Assembly (NCBI GenBank): GCA_964467955.1
Contig: CAYXTW010000003.1
Span: 4,676-68,675, forward strand
DNA length: 64,000 nucleotides
DNA from: an uncultured Ignavibacteriaceae bacterium
GTDB taxonomy: Bacteria; Zixibacteria; MSB-5A5; GN15; PGXB01
Direction of reading: 5' to 3'
This document shows, in pieces, positions 28,325 through 39,800 of the stretch. The position numbers and the translations under genes are program-made. The notes under the pieces are model-generated. The model searched no databases, was not told the DNA's origin, and worked only from the letters and a program-made list of their open reading frames with translations. Every line of letters begins with the position of its first letter. Position 1 is the stretch's first letter.

Positions 28325-31300
28325 GTGTACCTAAAGAGACTGGAACTTCTCGGATTTAAATCATTTCCGGATAAAACCGTGGTCAAACTGATACCCGGGG
28401 TCACTTCCGTGGTGGGGCCGAACGGATGCGGCAAAACCAATATTCTGGATGCGATTCGCTGGGTGCTGGGCGAGCAGAAAGTATCTCTTCTTCGCGGCGC
28501 GAAAATGGAAGAAATTATCTTTAATGGGACGCACGATGTCAAACCGCTGGGTATGGCCGAAGTCACGCTCGTGATTCAAAATAATAAAGGGGTCCTTCCG
28601 ACCGAATACAGCGAAGTGCAGGTGACTCGCCGCCTGTTCCGCTCGGGGGAATCGGAATACCTGCTTAACAAAGTCCCCTGCCGCTTAAAGGATATTATCG
28701 ACCTTTTTATGGATACCGGGGTCGGGGCGCATATTTATTCCGTGATACAGCAGGATATGATCGATGCCATCCTATCCGACAGGACCGATGACCGTCGCTT
28801 TTTATTCGAGGAAGCCTCAGGTATTTCCAAATACAAGAGCAGAAAAAAAGCGGCTATTCGCAAATTGGAAGCCACCGATGCCGATCTCGTGCGATTGAAC
28901 GATATCGTATCCGAAGTTAATACGCAGGTGAATTCGCTTAACCGCCAGATGAGAAAGGCGAGGCGATACAAGGAATTTTCGGACGAATTAAAAGGCTGGG
29001 AATTGTTTTTAAGCAAGAACGCCATCGATGAACTAAGCCATGAATACAGGGAATTATCCAATCAGAGGGAGATGCTTGCGGATAACAAAGTAAAATCGGA
29101 AACGGATATTGATATTATAAGCGCCTCGCAGGAGACTGAACGAAAGAAGTTGATTGATCTGGAAAAACAGCTTGCTGAAATTTCCAATGATATTTTTAGA
29201 AAATCCGAGGAAGCACACACCGTCGAGCGCGAGATTTCAGTCCTGAATGAAAGGCGTGATAATGCGCGCCAATTAAGAGAAAAAAACGTCCTCGACATTG
29301 AGGCTTATGCAATACGCAAAGAGAATCTCCTTGAGCAAATCGGACAGCATCAGAGAGAAATGACATCAATCGATGAAGCGCTGAGTCGGCTCGAAAATGA
29401 AATCAAGGAGAAAGAGGAAGCGCTGACAGCTGTCGATGAAAAAATTCTCGAGGCCCGTCGCGAACGCGAAAAAATTAATCAAAAATTAATGGCCCTGGAA
29501 GGAAGATTGTCGGCCGGCCAAAGCGATGACAATAATCTCAGGGAACAGGAGAACGAAATCGGCTCCGGCATGTCGACACTCGATGAGCGGATTGGGGAAT
29601 TGAATCTCGAACATGAGTCTCTTCTCGGCAAAAAAACAGATTGCGAGATTAAACTGGCCGAACTGGAAAATAAAATCAACGAAACCAAATCAAAGAAAAG
29701 TACTCTGGAAAATGACCTCTCAGCCCTGGACGAGCAATATGATGAAATATCCGGCAAAATATATGAGCTTTCATCGTCGCTCGAAGCCGCCCAGGCGAGG
29801 AATCATCTTTTGAAACAGATGGTGGCACAGTTCGAAGGTTATGGCAGCGGGGTCGTATCCGCCATGGAAAGCCGCGAAAGATGGCCCGGCTTAATCGGCA
29901 CGGTGGCGGATAATTTGACGCCTCAATCCGGCCATGAACAACCGATTGAAGCCGCTCTGGGCGAAAGGGCCGGATTTATGATTTGCCGTGAACGAGCAAC
30001 GGCTGACGAAATAATCGATTACCTCAAAGGCGAAGTAAAAGGCAAAGCCGGACTGGTAATTCTCGAGTGCGCGGGACCCGATCCGCTTTCAATTCGTCCG
30101 CAGATAACCGACGAAGGCTTTATCGGCTGGGCTGACGATTTCGTCAGTGTTTCTGATGAGCTACAAACACTGGCATCGTTATTGCTTGCAACCGTCGCTA
30201 TCGTCAAGCCCGAAAGCGTCAACGATATTCTGGATCAGCTTCCTTCCTATTATTCAGCGGTAACTACCGACGGCAGGATGTTTCGGGGCAGGGCCATAAT
30301 TTCCGGGGGATCTCGGGAGGGATTATCGCTTCTGGGTCGAAAAGAAAAAGTCGCTGAACAGGAAAAAACTATTGCGGAGTTAAATTCAAAAGCCGAGGAA
30401 CTCAGAAAACAAAAGAATAATATTACGACCTCAATTGGTGCTTCTCAAGCGGAACATAAGTCAATGATCAGCGAACTTGATAATCTGAAAGATGATTTGG
30501 AGAGTATTGAAAAGGAGTTGACTGCGAACGATTTTGGGCGTCAATCGACTCGAAAAGAAATCGAACGGCTGGAAAAAGAACGAGGCGAGTTATTGATAAA
30601 ACTGGATGCACTGCGCACCAGACAGTACAGCTTAAATCTTAATCATGAAGAACTGGCAAAAGAAAAGGAAACAATCGTCAATTCTCTAAATGAACAGGGG
30701 GCGCTTATCGAGAATCTCGAGAATGACTCCGAAAACATCGAAAAACTGGTTTCTTCGCTGCAAATTAAACGCGTCGAATTAAAGAGCAAATTTCAGCAAC
30801 TTGAAAGTCAGATCAGGCACACGCGGGAATTAATAAATGAAATAGACACTAATACCACGCGAAAATCAGAGGAAAACCGCCAGGCGGACTCCGAAATAGA
30901 GGGTTCTGCCGAAAAGAATATTTTTCTGGAGCGCCGGCTCCGGGAAATATTCGATCAGCGTGATGCTGTCTCGGAAAATCAGAAGAAGATTCAGGAGATG
31001 CATGATTCGACCCGCGAAAGTCTCGATGCTCGTGAAAAAGAAATAAAACAACTGCGTCAATCACGTGAAGAAATAAACAGTAAATTGCATACCGCCGAAA
31101 TCAGGAATACGGAAATCGAGGCGGAAACGAGAAATATCAGGAAGAAGATACGTGACGAGTATGATGTCAATCTGGAAGATATTGCGGTTGCGGCTCCGAA
31201 TCCTGAAATCCCTCTCGAAAAAAGACCGGAACGCATGTTGCATCTTCGTGAACGGATGAAAGATTTCGGAGCGGTCAATTTACTGGCGCTGGAGGAATAT

Positions 31301-31990
31301 AGAGTTACCAAAGAGCGGCAGGAGTTCTTGACTTCGCAGATGAACGATCTGATGAGTGCCAAAGCGACGTTGCAATCGACGATCATTAAAATCAATCAGA
31401 CCGCCAGGCGGTTATTTATGGAGACCTTCGCCAAAGTTCGATCCAATTTCCAGGAAGTATTTGCAGAGCTGTTTACCGGTGGAGAATCAGATATTCGATT
31501 GCTCGATGAAAACGACCCTCTGGAATCTCCGATTGAAATCATTGCTCGGCCGCGCGGGAAGAGACTTTTATCGATTACGCAGATGTCCGGTGGTGAGAGG
31601 GCGCTGACCGCAATATCGCTTTTGTTCGCCATCTATCTGGTCAAACCGTCGCCGTTCTGTATCCTTGACGAAATCGATGCACCACTCGATGATGCCAATA
31701 TTCACCGCTTCTTGAAAATTATTAAAACTTTCTCCGACCAGACACAGTTCATTATTATTACGCACAACAAGATCACGATGGAGGCGGCCGATATTCTCTA
31801 CGGTATAACCATGGAGCAGCCGGGCGTCTCACGGGTTGTTTCGGTGCGATTCAATGAGCCGGGCGCGGAAAAACTGATTAATACTTCTATTTCTGATATT
31901 GAGCCGATAGCGCCGGCAAAAATCCCGGAAGCGATAAAAGAAAGAATAACTCCACAGGTTAATATCAAACCGGCCGACGGTAAGGAATAA
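28325..31990 (+). CDS. smc: Chromosome segregation protein SMC
   Basis: 1221 aa. N-terminal Walker A (GPNGCGKTN), long coiled coils, a hinge, and a C-terminal signature motif (LSGGERALTAISLLFAIY) with Walker B (ILDEIDAPLD). GTG start. Confidence 0.9.
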   Translation: MYLKRLELLGFKSFPDKTVVKLIPGVTSVVGPNGCGKTNILDAIRWVLGEQKVSLLRGAKMEEIIFNGTHDVKPLGMAEVTLVIQNNKGVLPTEYSEVQVTRRLFRSGESEYLLNKVPCRLKDIIDLFMDTGVGAHIYSVIQQDMIDAILSDRTDDRRFLFEEASGISKYKSRKKAAIRKLEATDADLVRLNDIVSEVNTQVNSLNRQMRKARRYKEFSDELKGWELFLSKNAIDELSHEYRELSNQREMLADNKVKSETDIDIISASQETERKKLIDLEKQLAEISNDIFRKSEEAHTVEREISVLNERRDNARQLREKNVLDIEAYAIRKENLLEQIGQHQREMTSIDEALSRLENEIKEKEEALTAVDEKILEARREREKINQKLMALEGRLSAGQSDDNNLREQENEIGSGMSTLDERIGELNLEHESLLGKKTDCEIKLAELENKINETKSKKSTLENDLSALDEQYDEISGKIYELSSSLEAAQARNHLLKQMVAQFEGYGSGVVSAMESRERWPGLIGTVADNLTPQSGHEQPIEAALGERAGFMICRERATADEIIDYLKGEVKGKAGLVILECAGPDPLSIRPQITDEGFIGWADDFVSVSDELQTLASLLLATVAIVKPESVNDILDQLPSYYSAVTTDGRMFRGRAIISGGSREGLSLLGRKEKVAEQEKTIAELNSKAEELRKQKNNITTSIGASQAEHKSMISELDNLKDDLESIEKELTANDFGRQSTRKEIERLEKERGELLIKLDALRTRQYSLNLNHEELAKEKETIVNSLNEQGALIENLENDSENIEKLVSSLQIKRVELKSKFQQLESQIRHTRELINEIDTNTTRKSEENRQADSEIEGSAEKNIFLERRLREIFDQRDAVSENQKKIQEMHDSTRESLDAREKEIKQLRQSREEINSKLHTAEIRNTEIEAETRNIRKKIRDEYDVNLEDIAVAAPNPEIPLEKRPERMLHLRERMKDFGAVNLLALEEYRVTKERQEFLTSQMNDLMSAKATLQSTIIKINQTARRLFMETFAKVRSNFQEVFAELFTGGESDIRLLDENDPLESPIEIIARPRGKRLLSITQMSGGERALTAISLLFAIYLVKPSPFCILDEIDAPLDDANIHRFLKIIKTFSDQTQFIIITHNKITMEAADILYGITMEQPGVSRVVSVRFNEPGAEKLINTSISDIEPIAPAKIPEAIKERITPQVNIKPADGKE

Positions 31991-32008
31991 TGACAGGTTT
32001 GAACGGCT

Positions 32009-32926
32009 ATGGCTTCCGGATTTAAAAAGCTCAAGGAATCTCTGACAAAAACACGACAGAATATTTTAGGGAAAATCAGCGGTTTAATAGGCGGGCGGAA
32101 AATCGACGATGACCTGCTGGATGAAATCGAGGAAATTCTGCTTAAGGCCGATATCGGTGTTGCCGCCACCGAAAAAGCGATTGAGACCCTCCGCGAACAG
32201 GCGAGGAATGAAAAGCCCACCGGTTCCGATGATGTCTTCAGACTTCTTAAAAAACAACTTTCAGACATTTTAAACAAAACCGGATCCGAAGCCTCGTCTG
32301 CGATTTCATCCAAACCGATCGTCTGGATGATAACCGGTGTAAACGGCACCGGCAAGACCACTACCGTCGGTAAACTGGCGCATTACTTCAAAAGCAACGG
32401 CAAATCGGTAATGATTGCCGCCTGCGATACATTTCGCGCCGCAGCGGTCGAGCAATTGGGCATCTGGGCGGAACGCTCCGGGGTTGCCTTCGTGAAGGCG
32501 CACTCGGGGGCCGATCCTGCCGCGATTGCGTTCGACGCGGCTAATTCGGCGATTGCACGAAATATCGATTATCTCCTGATAGATACCGCCGGTCGATTGC
32601 ACACCAAGGCGAACCTTATGAAAGAATTGGAGAAAATCCGCCGCGTTACGGAAAAAGTAATTCCACCCGAACAGATTTTCGCCAAGTTAATTATTGACGG
32701 CACTACAGGCCAGAATGCACTATCGCAGGTAAAAATATTCGCCGATGCCGTCGGATGCGACGGTTTAATCGTTACCAAACTCGACGGTACCGCGCGTGGT
32801 GGGATCATGGTAGCCATAGCGGAAGATCTGTCGGTGCCGGTCGATTTTATCGGCATCGGTGAAAAAATAGATGATTTGCGACCATTTAACTCCGAAGAAT
32901 ACGTGGAGGCGCTCTTTGAAAGTTGA
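32009..32926 (+). CDS. ftsY: Signal recognition particle receptor FtsY
   Basis: 305 aa. SRP-GTPase NG domain with GVNGTGKTTT, DTAGR and TKLDG. Confidence 0.9.
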   Translation: MASGFKKLKESLTKTRQNILGKISGLIGGRKIDDDLLDEIEEILLKADIGVAATEKAIETLREQARNEKPTGSDDVFRLLKKQLSDILNKTGSEASSAISSKPIVWMITGVNGTGKTTTVGKLAHYFKSNGKSVMIAACDTFRAAAVEQLGIWAERSGVAFVKAHSGADPAAIAFDAANSAIARNIDYLLIDTAGRLHTKANLMKELEKIRRVTEKVIPPEQIFAKLIIDGTTGQNALSQVKIFADAVGCDGLIVTKLDGTARGGIMVAIAEDLSVPVDFIGIGEKIDDLRPFNSEEYVEALFES

Positions 32927-33317
32927 ACAGATCCAAGTACCGACGCATCAGCGGGAAGAACTGATCGATATTACCGGCGAGGTAAGAAGTTATATCACCA
33001 AGGCAGGTTTACAAAACGGCTTGATAGTTTTGTACGTACCTCATACAACCGCGGGGGTTACGATTAATGAAAATGCCGATCCCGACGTCGCGCGGGATAT
33101 TCTTTATAAACTCAATAAAGAAATTCCTCAGAGCGATGATTATCATCATGGCGAGGGGAACTCGGACGCCCATATAAAATCATCACTTGTCGGTGCTTCA
33201 TTGCAAATAATCGTTTCGGACGGTAAGCCTGTTCTGGGAACATGGCAGGGAATATATTTCTGCGAGTTTGACGGCCCTCGGACAAGGAAGTTATATCTTA
33301 AAGCCATTTCGGATTGA
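32915..33317 (+). CDS. yjbQ: YjbQ/UPF0047 family protein (secondary thiamine-phosphate synthase-like)
   Basis: HTTAGVTINENADPDV and HHGEGNSDAHIKSSLVG are UPF0047 motifs. Probable TTG start overlapping the ftsY stop. Confidence 0.7.
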
Positions 33318-33787
33318 TGCTTAAAATCAAAATCATCACGGTAGGAAAAAATAAAGAAGCATGGGTTGATGATGCGATAAAGCATTATGAAAAACTTTTG
33401 ACAAAATTCGCCAAACTTTCATTTGTCTACATCCACGACATAAAGAAGACACGCGCCCTTGGCGATGATGACGTAAAAAAGCTGGAGGCATCAAAAATAA
33501 AGAAAAAACTCAGCCCCAATTATAAAGTTGCGTTAAGTGATAAAGGCCGGCAGTACAATTCAGAGGAATTTTCGAATTTCATATCAAAGCTTATGCAGAA
33601 TTCCGGCGGTGTGATTGAAATTATTATCGGGGGCGTGTATGGGCTGGACGAATCCATAATCGATGAATGCAATGATATAATTTCCCTCTCCCCCATGACG
33701 ATGTCGCATCAACTGGTTCGGCCGGTATTGCTCGAGCAGCTTTATCGCGGCTTTTCGATTTTATCCGGCGGTAAATATCATAAATAA
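33314..33787 (+). CDS. rlmH: 23S rRNA (pseudouridine1915-N3)-methyltransferase RlmH
   Basis: 157 aa SPOUT-fold protein. N-terminus (M)LKIKIITVGKNKEAWVDDAIKHYEKLL is RlmH-like. Confidence 0.85.
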   Translation: MMLKIKIITVGKNKEAWVDDAIKHYEKLLTKFAKLSFVYIHDIKKTRALGDDDVKKLEASKIKKKLSPNYKVALSDKGRQYNSEEFSNFISKLMQNSGGVIEIIIGGVYGLDESIIDECNDIISLSPMTMSHQLVRPVLLEQLYRGFSILSGGKYHK

Positions 33788-33846
33788 ATTAGAGCCGATC
33801 GCTGGGCGACCGGCTCCCTATAGAGGAAAGTACACTGCATCTATGG

Positions 33847-36800
33847 TTACTTAAGAAGTATCATTTTCTTCGAAACCGCATGGTTTCCGGCCTCAACCCG
33901 ATAGAGATAGACACCTGAGGCCACCGATTGACCGAAATCATTGGTGCCATCCCATTCAATCGTTACAACGCCCGCTTCATCATGCCTTGAAATCTTTCTG
34001 ATGGCCTGGCCATTGATATTATAGATGGTCATGGTCCATGTGCACGCCGCGGGCAGGGAGAGATCGATTGAAGTCATGGGATTAAACGGGTTCGGATAAT
34101 TCTGCGAGACTTCAAATCGATCGGGAACCAGAGCGGATTTGATCTTCGTTTGCATCATATCACCGTGAAAAGTCGCGAATGAAAATTCTTTAAGCCTGAT
34201 ATCACCCGAACCGTTGCAATTAATATTGAGCAGGTTACCGTCGCCGATACCAATTGCCCGGCCGTATTCCAGACTGTATATCAGGACTCTGATTTCAGAA
34301 TCATTGATACTATATATATAATCCATCCCTTCAGCCATTTCACCAAGTTGTGGAATCGCCGGATTAATACCGTCGTATTCAAAAACCAGCACCCCCGCGC
34401 CGACATTACAGTACGATTCCGCGTTGATGGAAATACCGCCATTATTCGATTCGACCGACAACTCCATCCGGGCAAAATTCGGCGATAACCTTGGTATCGC
34501 CAGCGCATCGCCAACGATAATTCTTATGAGATAAACTAAATCGGCAACCGTCAGAGCATAACCGTCGGCGTTAACATCGGAAGCGGCCATCTGTCCGTCG
34601 GGATTTATGGTAAAGGCGGCCATACCGTAAATGAAAAAGTTCGTGTAAATAACAGCATCGGCGATTTCGTACGGGACTCCGTTGAGGTTAAGGTCGCCGC
34701 GGGCATCTATATCTTCGGGATGCTTGACGCATATACCGCCATTATAGAAATATATGCAGCGAACAGGAGAAACCTTATCACCGATCATACAGCTGTCCGG
34801 AGTTCCGAAACCTATCGGGCGGCTCTCTTCGGGATAATGGATATCATCCGACTCCTCCCAGATAATATGGCCGGAATAATTATAAATCCGAGCCTCTACA
34901 TATTGCAATTCACCGGTCGGATCGGCAAAGGAATTGTCGCCACAGTCCAGCCAGTAGAAACTAATCGGTAAATATTGACCCCCGATAGTCTGATCATTGG
35001 ATACAATCATAGTGATATTGGCAACCACGCCTTCCGGCGTCAACTGATCCTGTGGCGGGTGATGCGGCCCATCATTTTGATCGGCAATCCCGACCAATCT
35101 TATTAATCCGGACGGGCAGTTCGAGCCACAGTTGCCTTCCGTAGAAAGACGGTATGTAAAATATTCCCAATCCGGAATCGCCGGCCCCTTGTTTACATTT
35201 AAGAATGACATTCCTGAGTTATCATATCCGATCAATAGATCGAATCCTGCGATAAGATCATTAGTCTGGACTTTCACTCTGACCGGCACGCGCGAACCGA
35301 CAACCACACAGGAATCGGTTTCGATTGAGACATTGACACAAACCGAACAGATGGCTGATGGGAAAACCGTTACAAAAAGCGATTTTGAATCAGTCGAGCA
35401 GCCATCATAAGCTTCCAGACAAAATTCATAAGTCGTGTCGATATTATCGGGCGTGAAGCATACGACACCGCTGTCATCCCGGATCGGAGTGTATGTGCCC
35501 GGGCCGCAGGTTTTGGTTATCGTCAGCGGATTGCCGTCCGGATCAACGGCAAAAATTCCATCTATGCAAATCTGGCCGGTATCATTACTGCACCAGGGAG
35601 CCATTATATCTTCGGGGATCGTCAATTCCGGAGTCTGATTCCGCGTAACGGTTATATCCAGGCTGCAACTGTCGACGCCGCACACCGACGACGCCACGAC
35701 CGTCACCGTTTGAGTTCCTTCATCTGTTATCGGAACGCAGACCATGCCGTCATCATAACTTCCGGCCGGTCGGACGACAACGTCGATACTGTCACCGGTC
35801 AGCTCGACCTCGAAGCAAATGTCGGTCGAGTCGGTGAAGCATAACAAAGTGTCGATATCGCCGGGGCAAGTTATCTGCGGAGGATTAAGTATTGCTACAT
35901 TGGCCCTGACCGTGCATGTGTCGGCATTGCATGGAGATTGGGCGATAACCGTGATCTCATAATGACCTGACGTGTCGGCCATAAATGTCAATAGGCTATC
36001 GGCAAAGCTGTACTGACCAATCGGTGTGACTGTGACGGTCGCAGAAATCGGCGAGATGGGCAGAAGAACCGAAATATTACTCGGTCCACAAAGCACTTTA
36101 TTTATCGCAAGGTCAGGACATATAATTTCAACGTATTCATTAAAAGTAACATTGACCGTTACCTGACACGTATCGGCGCCGCAGATTTCCGAAGCGACAA
36201 CGTCTATAATATATGTCCCGGCCGTATCGGCGGTAAAGCAAAGCTGTCCGTCGGAATAATTGCCGAATGACGGAGATACTTCCGCCGAGGCTGGCGCTAT
36301 CACCAACGGGATACAAATCTCCTCCGGAACGCAAAGACTTACGTTAAATGGCTCAGTGGGGCGTTCGATTTCTGCTGCCGGTCCGGTCGTGACGATGATA
36401 CAAACTTCATCTGAACCGGAATCTTTGCATTCGTCATAAGCGGTTACGGTCAGACAATACGTGCCGGTATCCTCGGGAGTAAAGCAGACAAAGCCCAGAT
36501 TGGAATTATAATATCCGACTGGTGCGACAACAACCGAATCGATATCGTTATCCGTATCGATAATAGAAACTGATCGGCAAATTTCCTCGAAGTCACACTG
36601 GAAGTAAGCGGTATCATTACCGGCATCGACAACCGGCGGCGTATTGAAGATAACATCGACATCGAATCGACAGCTATCGTCGCCGCAATCGGTTTCGGCC
36701 AGAAGGTCGAATGCATAATGGCCGGCCGTGTCGGCCATGAAACATATCTCGCCGGCGCTATATTGCCCGAAAGGAAGAACCGTCACCTCGGCATAATCCG

Positions 36801-39800
36801 GCATGATCGATACCGGCAAACAAATCGTTTCCGGACCGCAGAGGAATATCGAAGTATCAGAAGGACAGATAACCTGGGCCGCCTGGCCGATATTTACGGC
36901 AAATTCGAAAGTACACATATCGGTACCGCATTCAGACTCGGCCGTAACTTCAATTGAATACGTACCGGAAGTATCTGCCTCGAAACAAAGCTGGCCGTCT
37001 TCATAAACGCCTTCGGGAATAGTACTTATGACCGCATCATCAGGCGTGAATGAAATCGGATAACATATCGTCGTAGTCCCGCAATATGAGAAATCTATCG
37101 GGTCCAGCGGACAATCGATATCGGCCGCCTCATTTGATGTCACCCTTATGAATATCGTATCGCTCGCTGAACGCTGGCAATCATCCACGGCCGTGATGAT
37201 AATCCGGTAGGTGCCGGTATCATCTGGAGTAAAACAGACCTGGCCGGTTTCAGAATCATACGTCCCCAAATCAGTCGAGACAATTATGATATTGTTGTCC
37301 GGATCGGAGACGGTCGCATCAAAACAAATCTCCTCGAACTGGCACTGAAAGATATCGAAATCGTTAGCCGCCCGGACAACCGGCGGGCTGTTTAAAATAA
37401 CTTCAACAATGGCCGTGTCGATGGTAACGGCACGGCAGCTATCATAGGCAGAAATAATTATTTCATGAATCCCCGGTGTCACATCCTCAAGACAGACAAA
37501 CTCATTGACAAGATTAGCACCGGTAACGATTATTGAATCTAAATTATTATCGACATCATTCACGATTAACGGCAAGCAGAGCGGGTCGTAATTGCAGACA
37601 ACCACTGAAGTATACGGTTCGATATTAACGGTCGGTGGTGAGTTTAATGTAACCATAACAGTCGTGGCCGCTGATGCCGTTTTACCGCAGGAATCGGTCG
37701 CGCTAATTTCTATATTGTACAATCCTGACGATTGGGGAGTGAAACAAACTTCACCGGTTTCGGCGTTATAATCACCATCCGGCGAAACCGTAACGGCCTG
37801 CAGATTCTTATCAACATCATTTATATCCACCGCAAAACAAATCTCGGTCGGCTCGCATAAATACACTGCAAAATCTTCGGCCGAAGTAATGGTCGGGGCA
37901 CTGTTCATTATAACGGTAATTATGGTCGAGTCGGAATCGGTACTACCGCACGCATCGGTCGCCGTCACCTTGACGACATACTCTCCGGCCGCGGTCGGCG
38001 TAAAGCATATCCGGCCCGAGATCGGATTATAAACGGCGCCCTCGGGCCAAAATGCTATATCGACCAGATTATCGTCGGCATCGGCAATACCAACCGGAAT
38101 ACAGATTTCCCCTTCGCCGCAGAGCGTCATCGTTTTTGACGGCGGCAATAGCACCAGCGGCCGTGAATTCATAGTCACGCTGACCGTGAATTCACAACTA
38201 TCGATGCCGCAATCATTGGCGGCAACTATTTTGAGATTTTTCTCTACCTCACAATTGGTATAGAAACAGATTGTCCCGTCGTCGGCATCATACCAGGCCG
38301 AGGGCGGGAATATGGAAATTTTAGCATCATCGGGTATGCCGTTTATTGGAAAACAGAGCGTATCCGGCCCGCAGATAAATACCGATGTATCGACGGGGCA
38401 ATCGAGATTTATCGCTTGACCGGCAATTACGGTTACCACGGTCGTGTCGGAATCGAGAGCCCCACACTCGTCAGTAAGAGTCGTCACAACATTATATTCG
38501 CCCGGGCCGGTAGGAGTGAAACAGACAAAACCATTAGAATAACTTCCCGGGCTCGTTTCTATCGAATTGATATTTTCGTCGATATCTGATACATCAACAG
38601 GTACACAAATTTCTCTATCCCATGCACACACCGTAATCGTCGAATCAGGTCCGGAAACAACTACTGGTGGGCTGTTTAAATCAACTGTGATACAAATCAT
38701 CGCCGTATCGGCGGAACAGGAATCAAGAGCGACAGCTTCAAAACAATATGATCCCGCTGTATCGGCCACAAAACTTAGAAGGCCGGTTTCGGAATTAATC
38801 TGCCCGAATTCGGAATTCAAACCAAAAGTAAGCGGGGCATCATCCGAATCGGCGGCATGTATCATATATTCAATTGTCATCCCCGGATCGCATATGAAAT
38901 ATTCTGTGTCGGCGGAAATAATTTCGGGCGGTACATTGATAACTACGTCAACGGTGAAGGAGCAATCCACCTTGCCGCACTCGTTCTCGGCCTCGACATT
39001 TATCACATAACTGCCCGAAGTCTCGGCATCGAAACAAACCATACCGCCGGCATACATCCCCATCGGGGATACGGTTACGATTGCATCACTCGGCGTAATA
39101 ACAACAGGGCGGCAGATAGTCTCCGGGCTGCAAAGTTTGAGCGCTGTATCAGGCGGACAGATAACCTGGGGTGCTTCGCCTATCTCGACGGAGAATTGCA
39201 GATTACATGTATCGGCCCCGCACTCGGTCGAGGCGATAACTTCGAAATTATAAACACCAGTCGTATCCGCCATGAAGCAAAGATTTTGACCGTCATAATA
39301 TGTTCCCTCTGGAACAGTAACATGCGCATCGACAGGATATATCGGCAAATTATAACATATCGTATCCGGATTGCAAATCGATTCAACGATCTGGTCAACT
39401 GGGCATTCAATGCGCGCCGGTTCACCTAAGTCAACCACAAAGGCCAACTGGCATGTATCAGCGCCGCATTCGGCGGCGGCGATGATTTCCATGTTATATG
39501 TTCCGGCCGTATCCGGCATGAAACAAAGATCGCCGTCAGTATAGGTCGCGTAATCGGGAATAGTAATGACAGCGTTATCAGGTGTAATCGTCAGAGGATA
39601 ACAGACCGTCTCGCCCGGACAGATGGATTCATAAATCGGTTCGTCGGGGCAAGTTATTTCAGCCGGTTGATTCAATTGAACATTAAATATGATATCACAG
39701 CTGTCGGCACCGCAGTCCGCGGTGGCAATAACCTTGATGATATATGTCCCGGAAGTATCGGGAGTGATACACAACTCACCATTAGAATAATAAGCACCTT

